From: Isurus oxyrinchus
Taxonomy: Eukaryota
Assembly (NCBI GenBank): GCA_026770705.1
Contig: JANJGN010000034.1
Coordinates: 5,332,001-5,396,000 of the forward strand
Direction: 5' to 3'
Length of the DNA stretch: 64,000 bases
Notes under the pieces: model-generated
Told to the model about the DNA's origin: nothing
Databases searched by the model: none
What the model saw: only the letters and a program-made list of their open reading frames with translations
Translations under genes and position numbers: made by a program
Part shown: in pieces, positions 14,201 to 27,660 of the stretch
Numbering within the stretch: the stretch's first letter is position 1
Layout of the letters: each line of letters starts with the position of its first letter

Positions 14201-14360
14201 GGTTAGGACGACAGATTTCCTTCCCTAAAGCATGCTAATGACTGAGACGGGTTGTGACAACAATCAGTAACGGTTTATTGGAATTTTAATTGCATATTAT
14301 TTATTGAATTCAAATTCCTGCCGAGGCGGGATTCGAACCCTGAGCCTCGATTAATATACC
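11290..14360 (-). mobile_element. Near-full-length decayed CR1/L2-group LINE (APE + RT) with a tRNA-like 5' head
   Basis: APE relic ITCPGYVLSHRQDRHSSGGGAVMY (ORF 13739-13951). RT relics PYRPITALS and IQYGSRHGHSCPHLI (ORF 12402-12611). 3' tail at ~11290-11340. B-box GGTTCGAATCC at 14332-14342 on the - strand. Confidence 0.82.
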
Positions 14361-14884
14361 AGCTCGGCATCTCCTCCTCATCACTCCATTTGCACGACAC
14401 AAACTCTATTGCTCAGAATGTTGACATTAAGTATCTGGAAGAAATTGCAGCAACAGGAATAAGGAACCTGTGTCAAGTGTGACCCTACCGACTTTAATTA
14501 GCCAAAAATGGAATCAGGTGACTTACCTTCCACACGGCAGGATGATCAGTAAAAGATTTGCATCACCATGGTGCCTTCAATCATGTGTAAGATTGCCAAG
14601 TACTGTTTTTGTGCGAGATTGCTATTGAATTCTATTGAAAAATAACTGACAAAGCGAACTTATTAGAAAAATAAAACAGTTGTGCTTCAAGTTCTTACGT
14701 CAGCAGAGCTGGGTCAGTTGTTTTCAAAGAACCTGAGGTCATATAATGATTTAAATTAGGAACAAATAAGATAACACCATCATATCCCACAGGGACTGAC
14801 AAATTGAATTGTTATCCTCTTGATCAAAAGTACATGAGTCACTCGCCTCCTTAAATAATGGCGAGACAGTGTTATCTCAAAGGA

Positions 14885-17800
14885 TCATAATATTAGACAA
14901 ATTAGTAGCATCATTAGGCCAATCAGCCCATCCAGCCTGCTCTGCCATCCAACACGATCATGGTTGATCTGACTGAACCTTCATACCACTGCCTACCCTG
15001 ATCACGTTTCACCAATGTGCTTACCGAGATTCGATCTAGCACCGCAGTAACGATATTCAAGGTCTCTGCATTAACCACCCTTTCAGAAAATTAGCCTCGC
15101 ACACAGCTGAGAGGCAAAAAGCATTTTCATATGTTCTAAATGGAGAAACACTTATTTTGAAACACTTGCCCCTCGTTTTTGTCATTCCCACACTTGAAAA
15201 CACCCTTGTCTACATTCGCCCCTTCAAGTCCGCCCAGGATCTTGTATGTTTCGGTCAAGTCACGTCTTACTCAAGTGCATGGAGGCCTAGCTGTCCAGCC
15301 TCTCCTCAATGGTAACGAACGCATTCCAAGTATTAATAGAGTAAACTTTATCTGACTGCTTCTAATGCCTTTTCATATATCCTGAAATAAGTAGCCTGAT
15401 ACTATATACGGTAATCCAGATGAGGTCTCACAAATGTTCAGAATAACTGAAGCATAAAGTTCATACTCTTGTATTTAACTATCCTCGCAGTAAACAATGA
15501 CATCCTACTAGCTTTGCTAATTGCTGCACGTGCATCCTAAACAGTTGCAATTCATAGACGAGGCAGGCCAGATCCCTCTGCCCCTCAGAGCGCAGTTTAG
15601 TTCATTTGCCTGTTTCTAATTCGCCCAACCCCGAAAAAAACCTTTATTTTTTTCCTATATTATACTTCAATTATCGGATGTTACCCACTCACGTAAGCTA
15701 CATATACGGCATCAATGGTAATGAATGCATTCCAAGTATTAATAGTGTAAACTTTCAGTGACTGCTTCTAATGCCTTTACAAATATCCTGAAATAAGTAG
15801 GCTGATACTATATACAGTAATCCTGATTGGGTCTCACAAATGCTCTGAATAACTGAAGCATAAAGTTCATACTCTTGTATTTAACTATCCTCGCAATAAA
15901 CAATAACATCCAACTAGCTTTGCTGATTGTCCTGTGGACTCTGCACATCTTAAGTTTCCACGTAACGTTGTGTTATCAAAAGAATTAGTAACCAAACTTC
16001 GATATTTAATCAATTTTAATCAAATCATTTATGTCAATCAGAAAGAGCTCAGGCCCAAGCACTGACCCCTGCAGCACACCACTCGTCATATTGGGCCAAC
16101 CAGAAAGTGAGCTATGTATGCCAAATCACTATTTGCTGTGAGATATCCAATCATCTAGCGATGCTATTATGTTACCCGGACACTTTGAACGTTTCTGTAA
16201 GCAATATTTTTTTGTGGCTCCTTATCAAATGCCTTATTTGCAGCCATTTCAGGGATGCTACTTGAATTCTCTATTAAGAATACGGATGCAATACATCCAT
16301 TCATTTAATCAGTTATTTCCTTATTCCTTATTCTAATTCAAAAGGCTTTTTTTTAATAGGGGCAACGCTCATGATGTTAGCTTTCTTTCTTTTTTTTCAA
16401 ATATCTATAGGAACACTAAATGCCTGATTTTATGCGTCTAGCTAACATTCTCTGGTTACTAAATGATCTCCACACTCTTATTAAGACATTAGTCATTTCT
16501 GATGATTTGTTAAAAACTTTCTCTCCAATCTTCTCTCCTACCATTTGTCTTTTGACAAGTATAAAATATATATTTTTTTATTCTATTTGTTGCTATCCTT
16601 AGCCGTTTTCGTTATTCAGCGAGTGGGTCCTCCCCTTGGGAATCTTACTTCTTTTTTTAACCTTTCAGTTCTGTGTATTCTGATTTATCCCCTTAAGCGT
16701 ATTCCAGTTGATATCTATTGACCTATCCCTTAGCCTAAAACGCCATTTCTTTTTCTCTGGCTGTGCTTTCATGCCCTTGGCATTGCACTAAGTTAAGTTC
16801 AAATTATTCTTCTTATTCCCAGTCTTCTCTCACTCAAACTGAATGTAAAGTCAATCATATTATGATCACAGTAAACTGGAGGCACCTTCACTTTGAGTTC
16901 ACTAATGAAATCCTTTCTCTTTGCCAAATGCCAGGATCAGTGCAATGACCTCCGTGGTAGGCTCCATAGCGTGCTATTATCAGAAATTATCCGTAAAACA
17001 TTTTATAAATTCGCTATCTATGCTCTCCGTGCCCATTTCTTTTTTCCAGTCCATATGCAGAACAAAATCGCTCATGACTTTCTGAAAAGGTCCCACAAAT
17101 CCTTCTTTGATACCCTGTGCTACAGTGGGATAAACATTAGGAGGCCGGTATACACTTCCACAAGCGACTTCTCGTGTTTCCCATTCCTCATCTCTACCAA
17201 AATCGCTTCTATACGCTGCTTCCCTTTACTTGGACCAACTCTGTCTATTGCTTTTAGGTGGCCTTTAATTAATTGAGCCAGCTCTCCACCTTTTCCAAAC
17301 TCCATATCTTGCTTCAAAGTCACATAACTTCAAATGTCCAGGACCCAACCAATTCCACCCTCTAGTGATGTACCTCTAATGGCTTTTAGGTAGTATTTAT
17401 TTATCGTTATTTGCAGTTTTTCTGTTTGGTGACAAATGACTCGTGCACTCAGTTGCCGAGTCTTACGTAATGTATTTTAGTATTATGTAAACTTACCTAT
17501 TGGCTTACAGTTAGAAGTGCACTCTCTGACCCTTCTGTCGTGGTCTGTTCACCTCTCAATTTGATACCTTTCTCTCTGACCTGATCTCTACTCCTTAAGG
17601 TACCAAATATTAATGCATTGCATCCTTTGTCGCTACTATTTAGTATAAAATTCTATCTACTTCTTTAATAATGAGATTCACAAGAACATTCGCCACAGCT
17701 TGCTTGAGACACAGACCTTCCCATTGGTGCAGTCCTCATTTTGCTCATCATTGATCCCACTGCCGCACGATTCGGCACCAAGATCTACAACAAATGTTAC

Positions 17801-18540
17801 GCTTTCAGCTTTCCATTTTTATTTTTCCTTTGACAATCTGACCGTTGCTCAGGTAATATTCCACAGAATGTTAGCTTTGAGGCTCTGGTTCTAATTAAGT
17901 ACCTAACTGCTGGTATTGATTATGCAAAACCCCTTTCGTTACCTTGCCAATGTCTCTGGTGACTGCATGAATCACGAGAATTGAAAGCTCCTGTTACCAG
18001 TGCAAAATTGTTGCTAGACTTGAGCAGATATTCCAAAACATGGCACTGACAAGCAACACCGCCTTCTGTTCTCTCACCTTCCTGTGCAGATAAAATTGCC
18101 AATCTTCTTCATTGTTCTGCCACCCACTGCAACAAAATCACTGCTTGCTCCCTCACTTGATTTTGTTCCTGTATCATGGTGCCATATCATCCCAGTTGTA
18201 GTCCTCACTTTTGTTCAAGCAGGTTTTGAGCATTCCAAATCTCTTTGACAAATACAAAACATGAGGTTCCTGTGCGGCTGTGGGCTAGCTCTATTTACCT
18301 GCCTCAATCAGACCACATCCCTACTGACTGCTGAGCAAAACTTAAAACGTATTCTAGGAGTGTCCATGCATTGCTCACCCACCTTTATGTTGCGCAATGC
18401 CTGCAGATCGACTTACCAATCAATACCCATGATGTAGATTCCATCTAGTTGCTTACAGTTCCTCCGGAATTGTGCACCCTGGGTCACCTTCACATCGAAA
18501 AGCTTCCACATTCCAGAGCATCGACGCAACACCTAAGCTG
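14885..18540 (-). mobile_element. Long decayed CR1 (HER1-like) LINE
   Basis: CR1-type 3' UTR at ~14900-14970 (aggccaatcagcccatccagcctgctctgccat..gatcatgg). APE relic IEAILVEMRNGKHEKSLVEVY (ORF 17120-17323). Possible ORF1 remnants to ~18500. Confidence 0.75.
15307..15929 (+). repeat. Direct duplication of ~217 bp (15307-15523 and 15713-15929)
   Basis: Both copies run caatggtaa..gcattccaagtattaatag..ctagctttgct.attg; about 90% identical by eye; 406-bp spacing. Confidence 0.93.
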
Positions 18541-19439
18541 TCAGTGCTATATATGCTCTTCAGTTAATTTAATTAATTTTTTTTTTTAAATTAACTTGCA
18601 GAATTTCCTATGCATGCTACAGTCACCTGTGCTTATCAAAACCTGGTGCCATTGACCACTGAAAGATACACATTTCTTAACAGCACTGGATTGCGTGATT
18701 AATGTAATTACATTAATTTAATTTTAAAGTTTTACTCTTGTTTTGTCTCTGCACGTACATTAATTCCTGAGTGAATTGCTGACTATTAGAACACTCTCCC
18801 TAACATTACCTACTTGCGGGGCAGTTAGCTTAAATTCTACTTCCAAAAGTGCAGTGTCTATACAACTTTAAACACTAGAAACAGGGACAAACCTTCAAAC
18901 CTCACGAGATGCTCCTCAGGAATTCACCAAACAGCTAGCTTCCTCTTCAAACAATTACTTTGCTTCCTTGCTGTGATATCACTATTTCTTTCTTGCACTG
19001 TTTTCAAAATCTCAGCTGCTTCTAAACACGTTCTGTTGACAAATTCGCGGCTGACTCTCCAGTCTCGGTCCTTTCCAACTGCCAATTTCGGTGTTGTGCA
19101 AGGAATTAGAAACAAAAATCCGAGAAAGAGCTACTAAACCCTTGGCCAATGTTTCATTGAATATGGACAGCTTGCAGATGTAGTTAAGCACAATTGGATA
19201 TAGGTAACTTAACACAGTTTTCCGATAAGGTAAGGCAAACTGTACATTCTGATTATTATGGTACAAATGAAAAACCAAATCTAAAGTTTAATAAAGCGAG
19301 GCATTACTTAATTTCCATCGAAATTAATCTCTATAAAATGAGTATTGAGAAGTGCCGGCGCACATACAATTTTACACAGTGACAATTAGCATGGGCTGTT
19401 CTCTTTATTTGTAATATAAATACATATATGCTGTGGTTC

Positions 19440-19980
19440 CAACAAGGGGATGGCATAAGGCCATTATTTTTCTTATTCGTAAAATGATGTTAAGCTTTCG
19501 TTGAGATATTGCTGCGCTTTAAGAGAGCATAACATATTTTGTATAGATGGCTGATAGACAATAAATGAAATTTAATGCAAAGAACTGTAAACTGATACAT
19601 TTGCAGAGAAAGAAGTAGGGAAGTAAATTAAATCCAATTAATCAAATTAGCAAAATTCCAAAAGAATGATTAGGCCGCGGGCCTGAAGTTGAACGGCACA
19701 AATCGCTGGAACTGATCGGTTAGTTTGGAGAAGTTGCTTAGATTGTATCTCAGATTCTGTATCTTATAAATGGAAGCATCGAACACAAACAAAAACATTC
19801 ATGTCAATCACTTGTGAGAGATTGTTTGGTCCTTATCTGGATCCGTAGTTCTAATTGTCTAAATCTACGTTTAGGAAGAATGAAAATATTTAATGAAAAA
19901 ATTCTGCTCCAGTAGAGAGAAACTTGTATTACATTTATAGATCGCCTGAGCCAGCCCTGTTCATTTTTAGAAATGAGAAG
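19440..19980 (+). mobile_element. Decayed CR1 RT fragment
   Basis: tggctgatagacaataaatgaaatttaatgcaaagaactgtaaactgatacattt corresponds to the CR1 motif WA..WQMKFNA.KCK.IHF. Confidence 0.65.
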
Positions 19981-20929
19981 AGACGATTCAGAGTAATCTT
20001 TATTTTAAGTATTTCATATCTCTGCGTTGATACGTTGGCACTGAAGCAGACCTTTCAGGCCCAGCCATCTAGCATTTAAGTTCCACATCAGCCTCCTTGG
20101 TTCTCTACCAAAAACTCCAATTCTCGGCATTCAACAGCAGTTGTGATGAGGTCAGTGTGAACAGTGGCGATGATTTGGGAGGGGAAATTGGCGGTATTGG
20201 TGATGGGGCAGTTTTCAGAGGTTATTTCCTCTGTTTTTTTATAGACTTCCAACGGAACTAAGTTCATGTAACGCCCTTTGATCGAAACTGCCATTTCGTT
20301 ACATTGTTAAGTTGATGGACAGCTTCCACACTATTGTCCCTATCCCCTTCTGCTTCATTTTTCGTTTAAAGTCTTTCTGTCCTGTTTGACATGTACACTG
20401 TGCCATCATTGGCTGACAATACGTTATTACTTCATCTATGTCACTGTTAAGTAAAGCTACAACGTAATGAATGCAACCCACATCTATATTATGTGAGTTA
20501 GGCCTTTGTAATCGTAATGTCCACATCGTAGTTCTACCTCTGTCTGAATTGTCCATTAGGCCTAGCCTCAATATCATGGGTTTACTTCCAATGCTACGCT
20601 TTGATTTTGGCAATCATAACTAGTGACAATTTATCGTGTTCTCATAGGGCATATCGTTGTAAAATAATCCAGATGCCCAGACCATTGCTTTCAACAAGCT
20701 TTTCAAAACATTGCCAGACTAGTTAGCAGAATTGATTTTCGAGCAGACAGTGAACCTGTGATTCTGAGATAGATTGAGTAAAAAACTATAGCATTGTCCT
20801 TAAAAAAAAAATCACTTCCCCATTCCTATGGGTAATGAATGCATTATTCGGCATGCTGTTCCATGCAAGTGATTTCAGGCCCAATGCCATTCACTTGACT
20901 GCTGAGTATTTTCTAAAGTTGTCTAACAA

Positions 20930-21200
20930 CTCAATTACCTGTCAACCGCTTACAAAATCTATAAAAATGTCCAAAATGCATTGGAAATGCAGGGATCACC
21001 AAGAACCGATAGTGGCATTAAAAGCGATAGCAAGGGCCCGGTCACACCCTCTTCACCAACAGTTCGGAGTGTGCACCAAATTGGCAAATCTGTTCACACA
21101 GTAGCCCAGCAAAACCATTAAAAATCGTAAGCAAAGGGTCATATTTTATACACAATAGCCAAGCTATGGCATTACCATTACTGGCCATACCCTATTACAG
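20930..21200 (+). mobile_element. 5' ORF2 fragment of the 11290-14360 LINE family
   Basis: ccaaattgg..ttcacacag and attaccattactggccataccct parallel the reverse complement of ~13860-14010. Confidence 0.45.
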
Positions 21201-23279
21201 TGGCAACTTTTTGTATTTTTGAATGGTTTAGATGGTAGCCCTCGGCGTTCAGTACATTTTGTTTCTTGACATTAAATTAATGATTGGCAACGAGACCTCC
21301 TCCTGAACATCTCCTCCCCTCGCCTAATGAATTAGCACTATTTCAACACAAAAAGAAAAAAAAGTGAAACAATTATATGCACCGAATAGGCTCGATTGGT
21401 TAAACGAAATGTCGAACACAAAGATCAGTGGATTTGCGTGTGTCTGAGTTCTGAAGGATAGCGCTACAATATCTCCTTGAGGCCAATCATGAGTAGCGTT
21501 AAGCGGATGGGCAGGGACTGGGAATATATCTGACCCAGTTTCCGCCAAAATAATTGTGAATTCTGCAAATTTCAAACGCATAAATCACCGCATTTCTCAG
21601 CGCATTGGCCTTGTTAAAGCAATGTCCTATTTTCACAGGTCGGGGAACACACATTGTTTTGCGTGGCACTTGCATCACTCTCAATGAGACAGATTCAGAT
21701 CAGATATAGGCTCTCAAAGCTATTCATCCATGACAAATACTGTCCTCGAACAGCAACAGGATTGTATTCAACCGCCATCTATAACTTACTTACGAGACAT
21801 ACCCATCGCTGTTCCATTCACAAGTCTGTCTATTCCACCAAATAAGTGTGCAGGAGGACCTGCTTTCAGTGGCATAAGGAATAGTTAAGAAGGAAGTGCA
21901 ACAGCAAAGATAAACAGTCATGTTTTAAGCAGCAGAAACATGCCACCGAGTGAGCTAGTTGTCCCAGAGTCAATTGATAACATCTATGTTTTGCAGAACT
22001 GCCGCATTCACTCGAGAAAAGTGTTAGATAAGTAAAAATGTGATTGTTGGAGGCAGTTTCTGAAATATCCCCTTCCCCAAAATTAATGGGGTTCACTGCT
22101 TCTGTGTGAAATGCAATGCTGGATCATTATGTCCTCAACGTCACAAGCGCCTACATTCTGTCACATCCATTTGCTCCACATGATTTCAAAAAGCTGCCAA
22201 AGTCATTTGAATGAACATTAGCTACAGGCACGGATTAGCGCCTCACAACAAGCAAAACCCGTCACCAAAATGTATCAGCTGCAAGAGCGCCCATTACCCG
22301 GCAATGTGTAAAAGTTGCAGCATTGCCATTTTCACAAAAGACAGGAAAATTCCTTGAGGACCCATCAAATGACTCCTGAACGTCAAAAAAGTGACACAAG
22401 CAGCTGTCGATAGAATTAGTAATCAATTAGAAGGCTATAAACCTTCCATCGATGCAACTTTTATGCCTCAACAGTGCCTCTCATGTCCTGATGTCACCAT
22501 GGCCTAGGTCCAGCATGGAAAAAATTTGCAAAATCAAATGTAGAATATTGAGTTAATGCCCTTGGCATGCTCATGGTTTACCATTAAACATAACCTTAAC
22601 TCCAACAGCCATAAAATACAGTGGCTAAAACATTGGCTAATATAAAATTTCAAAAAGCTTGATGGTGAGGGATTCAGGGATGATAATGCCTTTTCATGTT
22701 AATGGGGAATAGTTGGGTTTGCACTTGCTGCACATTGTTGCCAGCGTAAACTAGGAGAAATGATAAAATTTAATCTGGTGGATATAATCCCAATCTCGAG
22801 GCTGCAGTATTCTAGGGGATGTCCAGGTCTCTGTATGTTACTGGGACAGCAATCATTCAGCCAAGTCGACGACATCCGATTACAATCACGATTTATGTGT
22901 CGTTGCTTATAATGCTGAAGAACAGCACGGCCTAGCCACCCTCAGTTGCATTTTCAAAGCTAGATACCTCCAACAGCTAGAAGGAGAAGTGCAGTAAATG
23001 CAAAAGACAAAACCTGAGGCAATTTCCACTCCAAACGACAACGCACCATGACAATAATTGCATTGTCATGTGTTTCACAGTTGCTGAATGAAAACCCTGT
23101 AACTCCATCTCTATCAGCACTGTGTGAATTGCAACAGAAGGTGGAACTTAGCAGTCCAAGAAGACGGCTCATCAGCACCATCACATGTGCAAATGGGAAA
23201 GGCAGAAACTGCTGGCCTGAAATAATAAAAGAACATTTGAGTTATGGAAGTGCTCATGAAAATGCCCATAGCATTACTT

Positions 23280-24010
23280 AAAGCAATATCATTGGAAAGT
23301 TTTTTGAATTTCTTTGATTGGAGTTAATTGGTGATTAAAATGCATGTTAGCTGGTGCCCATCTTTACAAAGAAGCTCTTGACGTCATTCCAGAACAGTCA
23401 CTTGCCCACAGCAAACATGAGGGGAAACGATCTATAATGGTATATTGTTCTTTGCGCACTCAAGCGCAATAATTCTTTGGCACCGTCATTTCCACAATCC
23501 GTAAATTGTGAAAAAAAGAGAATGATCATAGTGACAGCAGGTGAATTTACCTTATGTATATCGCTCCACACATGGGTTGGAGATCATTTGTCGGTATATT
23601 GCAAATTTATTTGTTACTATTATTTCCGTTAAAATTATTTTGCTCACATATACAATTTTCACCATTGCAATCTTGAATCCGACATCCAGAAATGATTCCT
23701 GAGAAGAAATGCATTGCCAGTGAAGGCTGGGTTTTGGACACAGGTTTTTCTTTTGCCCTAACACTGGGAACACTTAGTCGCCTTTTTCTAATTTTTTGCT
23801 CCCCTTATCAGTGGTACGGATTACCCAACCGCTTCTAGGGTGCATGGTGTTATCTTTAATCAAATCCCCACCAGGAAGGTAGAATTGCTTCTGCTGGCAT
23901 TCAGAAATATCACCATGTTTAATTATGTTCTCCGTTGCTTTGGCCTTACCTGAGCGGTACTGTATCTTGCCCTTGTCTGGAAGCAATGAAATTAGGTTCA
24001 CCAGATAAAA
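23280..24010 (-). mobile_element. Decayed Gypsy pol fragment (end of RNase H to integrase)
   Basis: KIQYRSGKAKA (cf. IQYRPGKAN.NAD), followed downstream by YTIIDRF (integrase core). Confidence 0.5.
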
Positions 24011-26799
24011 CCAAGCAACGTCATTCGGATGCCATATGACCATTTACCACGAATTTCGGTGTAATTATTTGTGTCTATACAGTTAGCAATCGGAGTTGAT
24101 ATTGAACCCAGAGTGGCACCCAGAATTGATTTAAGAAATATACACAGTGCTAAAGTAAATGCCTCGATATTGAAACGTGTTTATGTCTATCATTGGATGT
24201 CAGTTGTCCAAAAGCAGACATAAGAGCGCAGAGTTATGCGCAATATGCCGTAAAACAGTTGTTCAGCCCATGCTCTATATCCTCTGCAAGAGCCTTCTTT
24301 AACTCCAGTTCGTCTAAATCACATTCTTCTGCTCTATATATTTATCATTTGTGTTCTTGTCTATATTGATACTAAAATACCTGCTTTCTGGCTCAACTTT
24401 CTATGTGATGAGGAGTTCTGTATTTTTACAGGCCTCTCTCTTGCAATAGATTTTCTTGAATTATCGAGTGGAGTCGTTGGTTACCATGTTTATCTATATT
24501 CATGAAAACTAAGCGTCAAATGAACTTGAGACAACTGTGGTCCGCTTCGCTTCAAGGCTCACAAATCAATGTGGGATAATTGCTTAACAGAGACGAATGT
24601 AATTACAGCACGTTTGAAGTAGCAGTTCAGATAATAGTCAAGAGCAAATACTGATAAAAGGTCTCTGAGGGGAACAGTTTGGTCTGAGGTTAATCTGAAG
24701 TACATTTTCTGCAATTAAATCAGGAATAATTGCAATAGCTCACGAAATAAACATTCATTTTGGTCTGACAGAAATAAATCATTCTGTTCTCCCAGATTTA
24801 GATGAATGCCGGAAGAAACTCAAAGCTCTCGGTGAGAAAAATAAGTCCCTCTTGGAATGTCATAAATATATTGCTGTCGACTGTAAGGCCTCCTTTTACT
24901 TCAGTGGAATTTTCATACGGTGGTGTTGTTAAATATTCCTGTGTGGGTTCGAATAAATGTGAAAGAGAAAGCCACCTGTATTTCCGTCATCACCAGGATT
25001 GTGGAAATGGGAAAAAAGAGTACTTCAAGAGGCCTACGTTTTGTTGTTATACATAACATGTTTTTTTTTTCTCGAACTATGAAATTAAGATTGAACTGCG
25101 GCTGTAAGAATCTACAGTAGCTGCAATTAAAATAAAATGTTCCCTGAATCTGAAAGATGAATTCCACAATGTTGTTATTAGTTGGAAAAGTGTTCCCCAG
25201 GTTGGGCGATTGTACCGGAACAAACATGGTTTAAGAAACAATTGTCTAGCAACGGCGTTTGATTGGCTGCTGACCAGGTGACCAGCGTTTTGTGATAGCT
25301 GTAGCTTCCAGAAGGACCCCAACCTGCCAATCCAAAAGACCTAAAAAAACCTATCTACTATATCGTTGATAAAACTCAAGTATTACTGCCAGAGTAATAG
25401 TCTGGCTATCCCTCACATCTTGGAATCCAGTTTTCTTTTAGAAACCCCTGTCTGGAGAAAAGGAGAGACATTATGGGTAGAGAAAATAACATCAGATTTT
25501 TAACCACTGTACGACAGATTGGGGAAGCATTGTTAGAATTTGGAATGCGACTGTTATAGTCGGCAACTTGATATATATTGGAGGAAACTACAAACCGTTG
25601 AAACATTTGTTGAGTTCAATGTTTCGTCAGGCAATTATAAAATAAAAAAAATAATCGCCAATGGCACTTTGTTTTGTTATAATTTTCAACAGAAATCATG
25701 TTGAAAGATTGCCAAAAAGGTAATCCAAATAGAACTGAGTTTTTATTTGAACGTTACTTGATGGGTTTCAAGAAAATTCTAATCTTAGAACCCTTCATCA
25801 TAGATGTGAACTCGTTTCTCTTACTCCATTCATCATTTGTTCAGTCTCTGTACAAATGCAATTTTTCCCACTTCCAGGTTAAATCTTTTCCGCATTGAAA
25901 CAATCTACCTGTTCATCCTCAAGAGCCAATTAAGCCATTCTACTCAGGAATAAACACCTTTGGGTAAATAAAAAATAAAACACCATTTGCTGTATTGAAC
26001 AACTACCGTTCATTCTGTCCTTTGATACCCCAACCTATGCCTCTGAAAACCGTTGCCCACTGTTTGGTTTACCTAAACAATACATGTAACTGGAACTCTG
26101 TTCCATCGTTCTTCATTTTATCTTGCTCATCTTGGTCATCATAAGTTGCTGTACGGCAGGAGGTCCTGAGGTCAGTGGCTCTGCTGATCATAGTCTCGTA
26201 CCAATTTTCCACTAGAATTTCTATGAACATGACACAAATTTACGTTGCTATAATTATTGAATAGAGATGGAGGGCGATAACTCTAGGTGTAATCGCAAAA
26301 GTGCTGATATTGAATTAGGCAGAGATAATACAGTGTAACCTATGATTTGTGCATTGAATTCAACGGAATTTAATAATGTTCGTCGGATATATTGCGTAGT
26401 CCATGTAAATTCTCTCTACTTTCTGCAAAATTTCACCTGAATTTCTGAACATGGTTTCTTGTCTTCAAGGAAAATATATAACGCCTATTTCAACAAAATG
26501 GCTAGAAAAGAGTTGGACAAGCAATGTAGTGCGTTTTAAAAGCCTGGTCAAACTTGTAGTGTAAGACACGCATAACGCAAATGGTGCACAGCAACGTACT
26601 ACCTAAATGCAAAGTGACACTAAGTTACTTGGCAATCTGCTTTATTGACGTCTCTTGATGGATTAACTGATAGCATGTTTTAACCCGGGAAATAACCGAT
26701 GTTCTTAACTTTGTCCTGAATTAGGTTTTTAATATATCTGATAGTACATGTTGATAAAACGTTTCCCCTACAATTATATCTTAGTTTTGGACTTTCTTT

Positions 26800-26990
26800 T
26801 CACCACATAATGGAAGAGTTTCGGGAATGCAACACTCTCTCAGTAGTCCACTGGTTTTCTTATACATCAGACTGCAGGTCTTTGGAATGAGGCTTATATC
26901 CACGGCATTTTGCCCAGAGGACATTGAACTATGTGCAGGGCCAAGTTTGGCAGTTTTTGATGAAAACACTTCCTTGAAGTATCAATTCTA
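26800..26990 (-). mobile_element. Decayed Gypsy integrase fragment
   Basis: LHIVQCPLGKMPWI, PHSK and LLRECCIPETL, compared with LHIDFAGPF.GKMFLI..AHSKW..LR..FG.PETL. Confidence 0.45.
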
Positions 26991-27294
26991 GTGTTGCACT
27001 CAAAGCTGCCTGTTAGGGCTATAGTTTTGGCTTGGTGCTGTTCCACTCCGTTGTAGGACATTATTTCAAATAAAATCATCGTTGCCTATCAAACGGAAAT
27101 GCAGTGTCTCCAGATACAATTGGGTTTCGCATATTGCATTGGAAAGAATTGCATCCAGGAAAATACCCACTATCTCCCCAATAACCCCAAGGTCTGGTAA
27201 CTCTCTTCTAACTCTCTGGTTAACACTGCTTAAGATTCAGTTTCATGATGGAAATGTAATTGTAAACAATTGAAAAATGACAAATCGAAACGTA

Positions 27295-27660
27295 GTAGAA
27301 CCCAATGCAAGGCTTGTGGAAATGTACAAGTCAGGAGGGAAAAAGTTGTAACTTGTCAGTGTTTCAAGGCCAGCCTTCTGTATAAATTCACTCGATAGTT
27401 TACCATTCCCATTGGCCTTGAATAATGATTTCCGTTGTTGAATCATTGCTTTTGATTTCCATCCCACAGAGGACATATTCCTCATTTTGTTTTTGCCCCA
27501 GCCCTCCATTTTAACATGTTTGAAGCCCATGTCATTTCTAACGTTTCTGACTTCTGATCAATGATATTCGAGCTGAAAATTGACATGGATTCTCACTCAA
27601 CATAAATTGCATCACATGCTGAGCATTCGTCCCCCCAAATCCCTTCTTTCATTCCATATG
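27295..27660 (+). mobile_element. Decayed PLE 3' end / pLTR
   Basis: cccaatgcaaggcttgtggaa and cagccttctg resemble the end of the endonuclease. ttctgatcaatga..ctgaaaattgac..catgctgagcatt resembles the hammerhead and tail. Confidence 0.4.

Noticed and set aside
14320-14360. tRNA gene
   Set aside because: Only a B-box/T-arm is present with no full cloverleaf, and it sits at the head of a retroelement.
14519-14630. Minus-strand exon ending in a perfect AG/GTAAGT donor; also superficially like the U1 5' end (ACTTACCT)
   Set aside because: All three frames from the nearest acceptor contain stops, there is no further U1 similarity, and I found no partner exons.
20050-20620. Possible Gypsy gag-protease relic on the - strand
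   Set aside because: Only vague motif resemblance (AVSI, ELEFLV); not enough to call.
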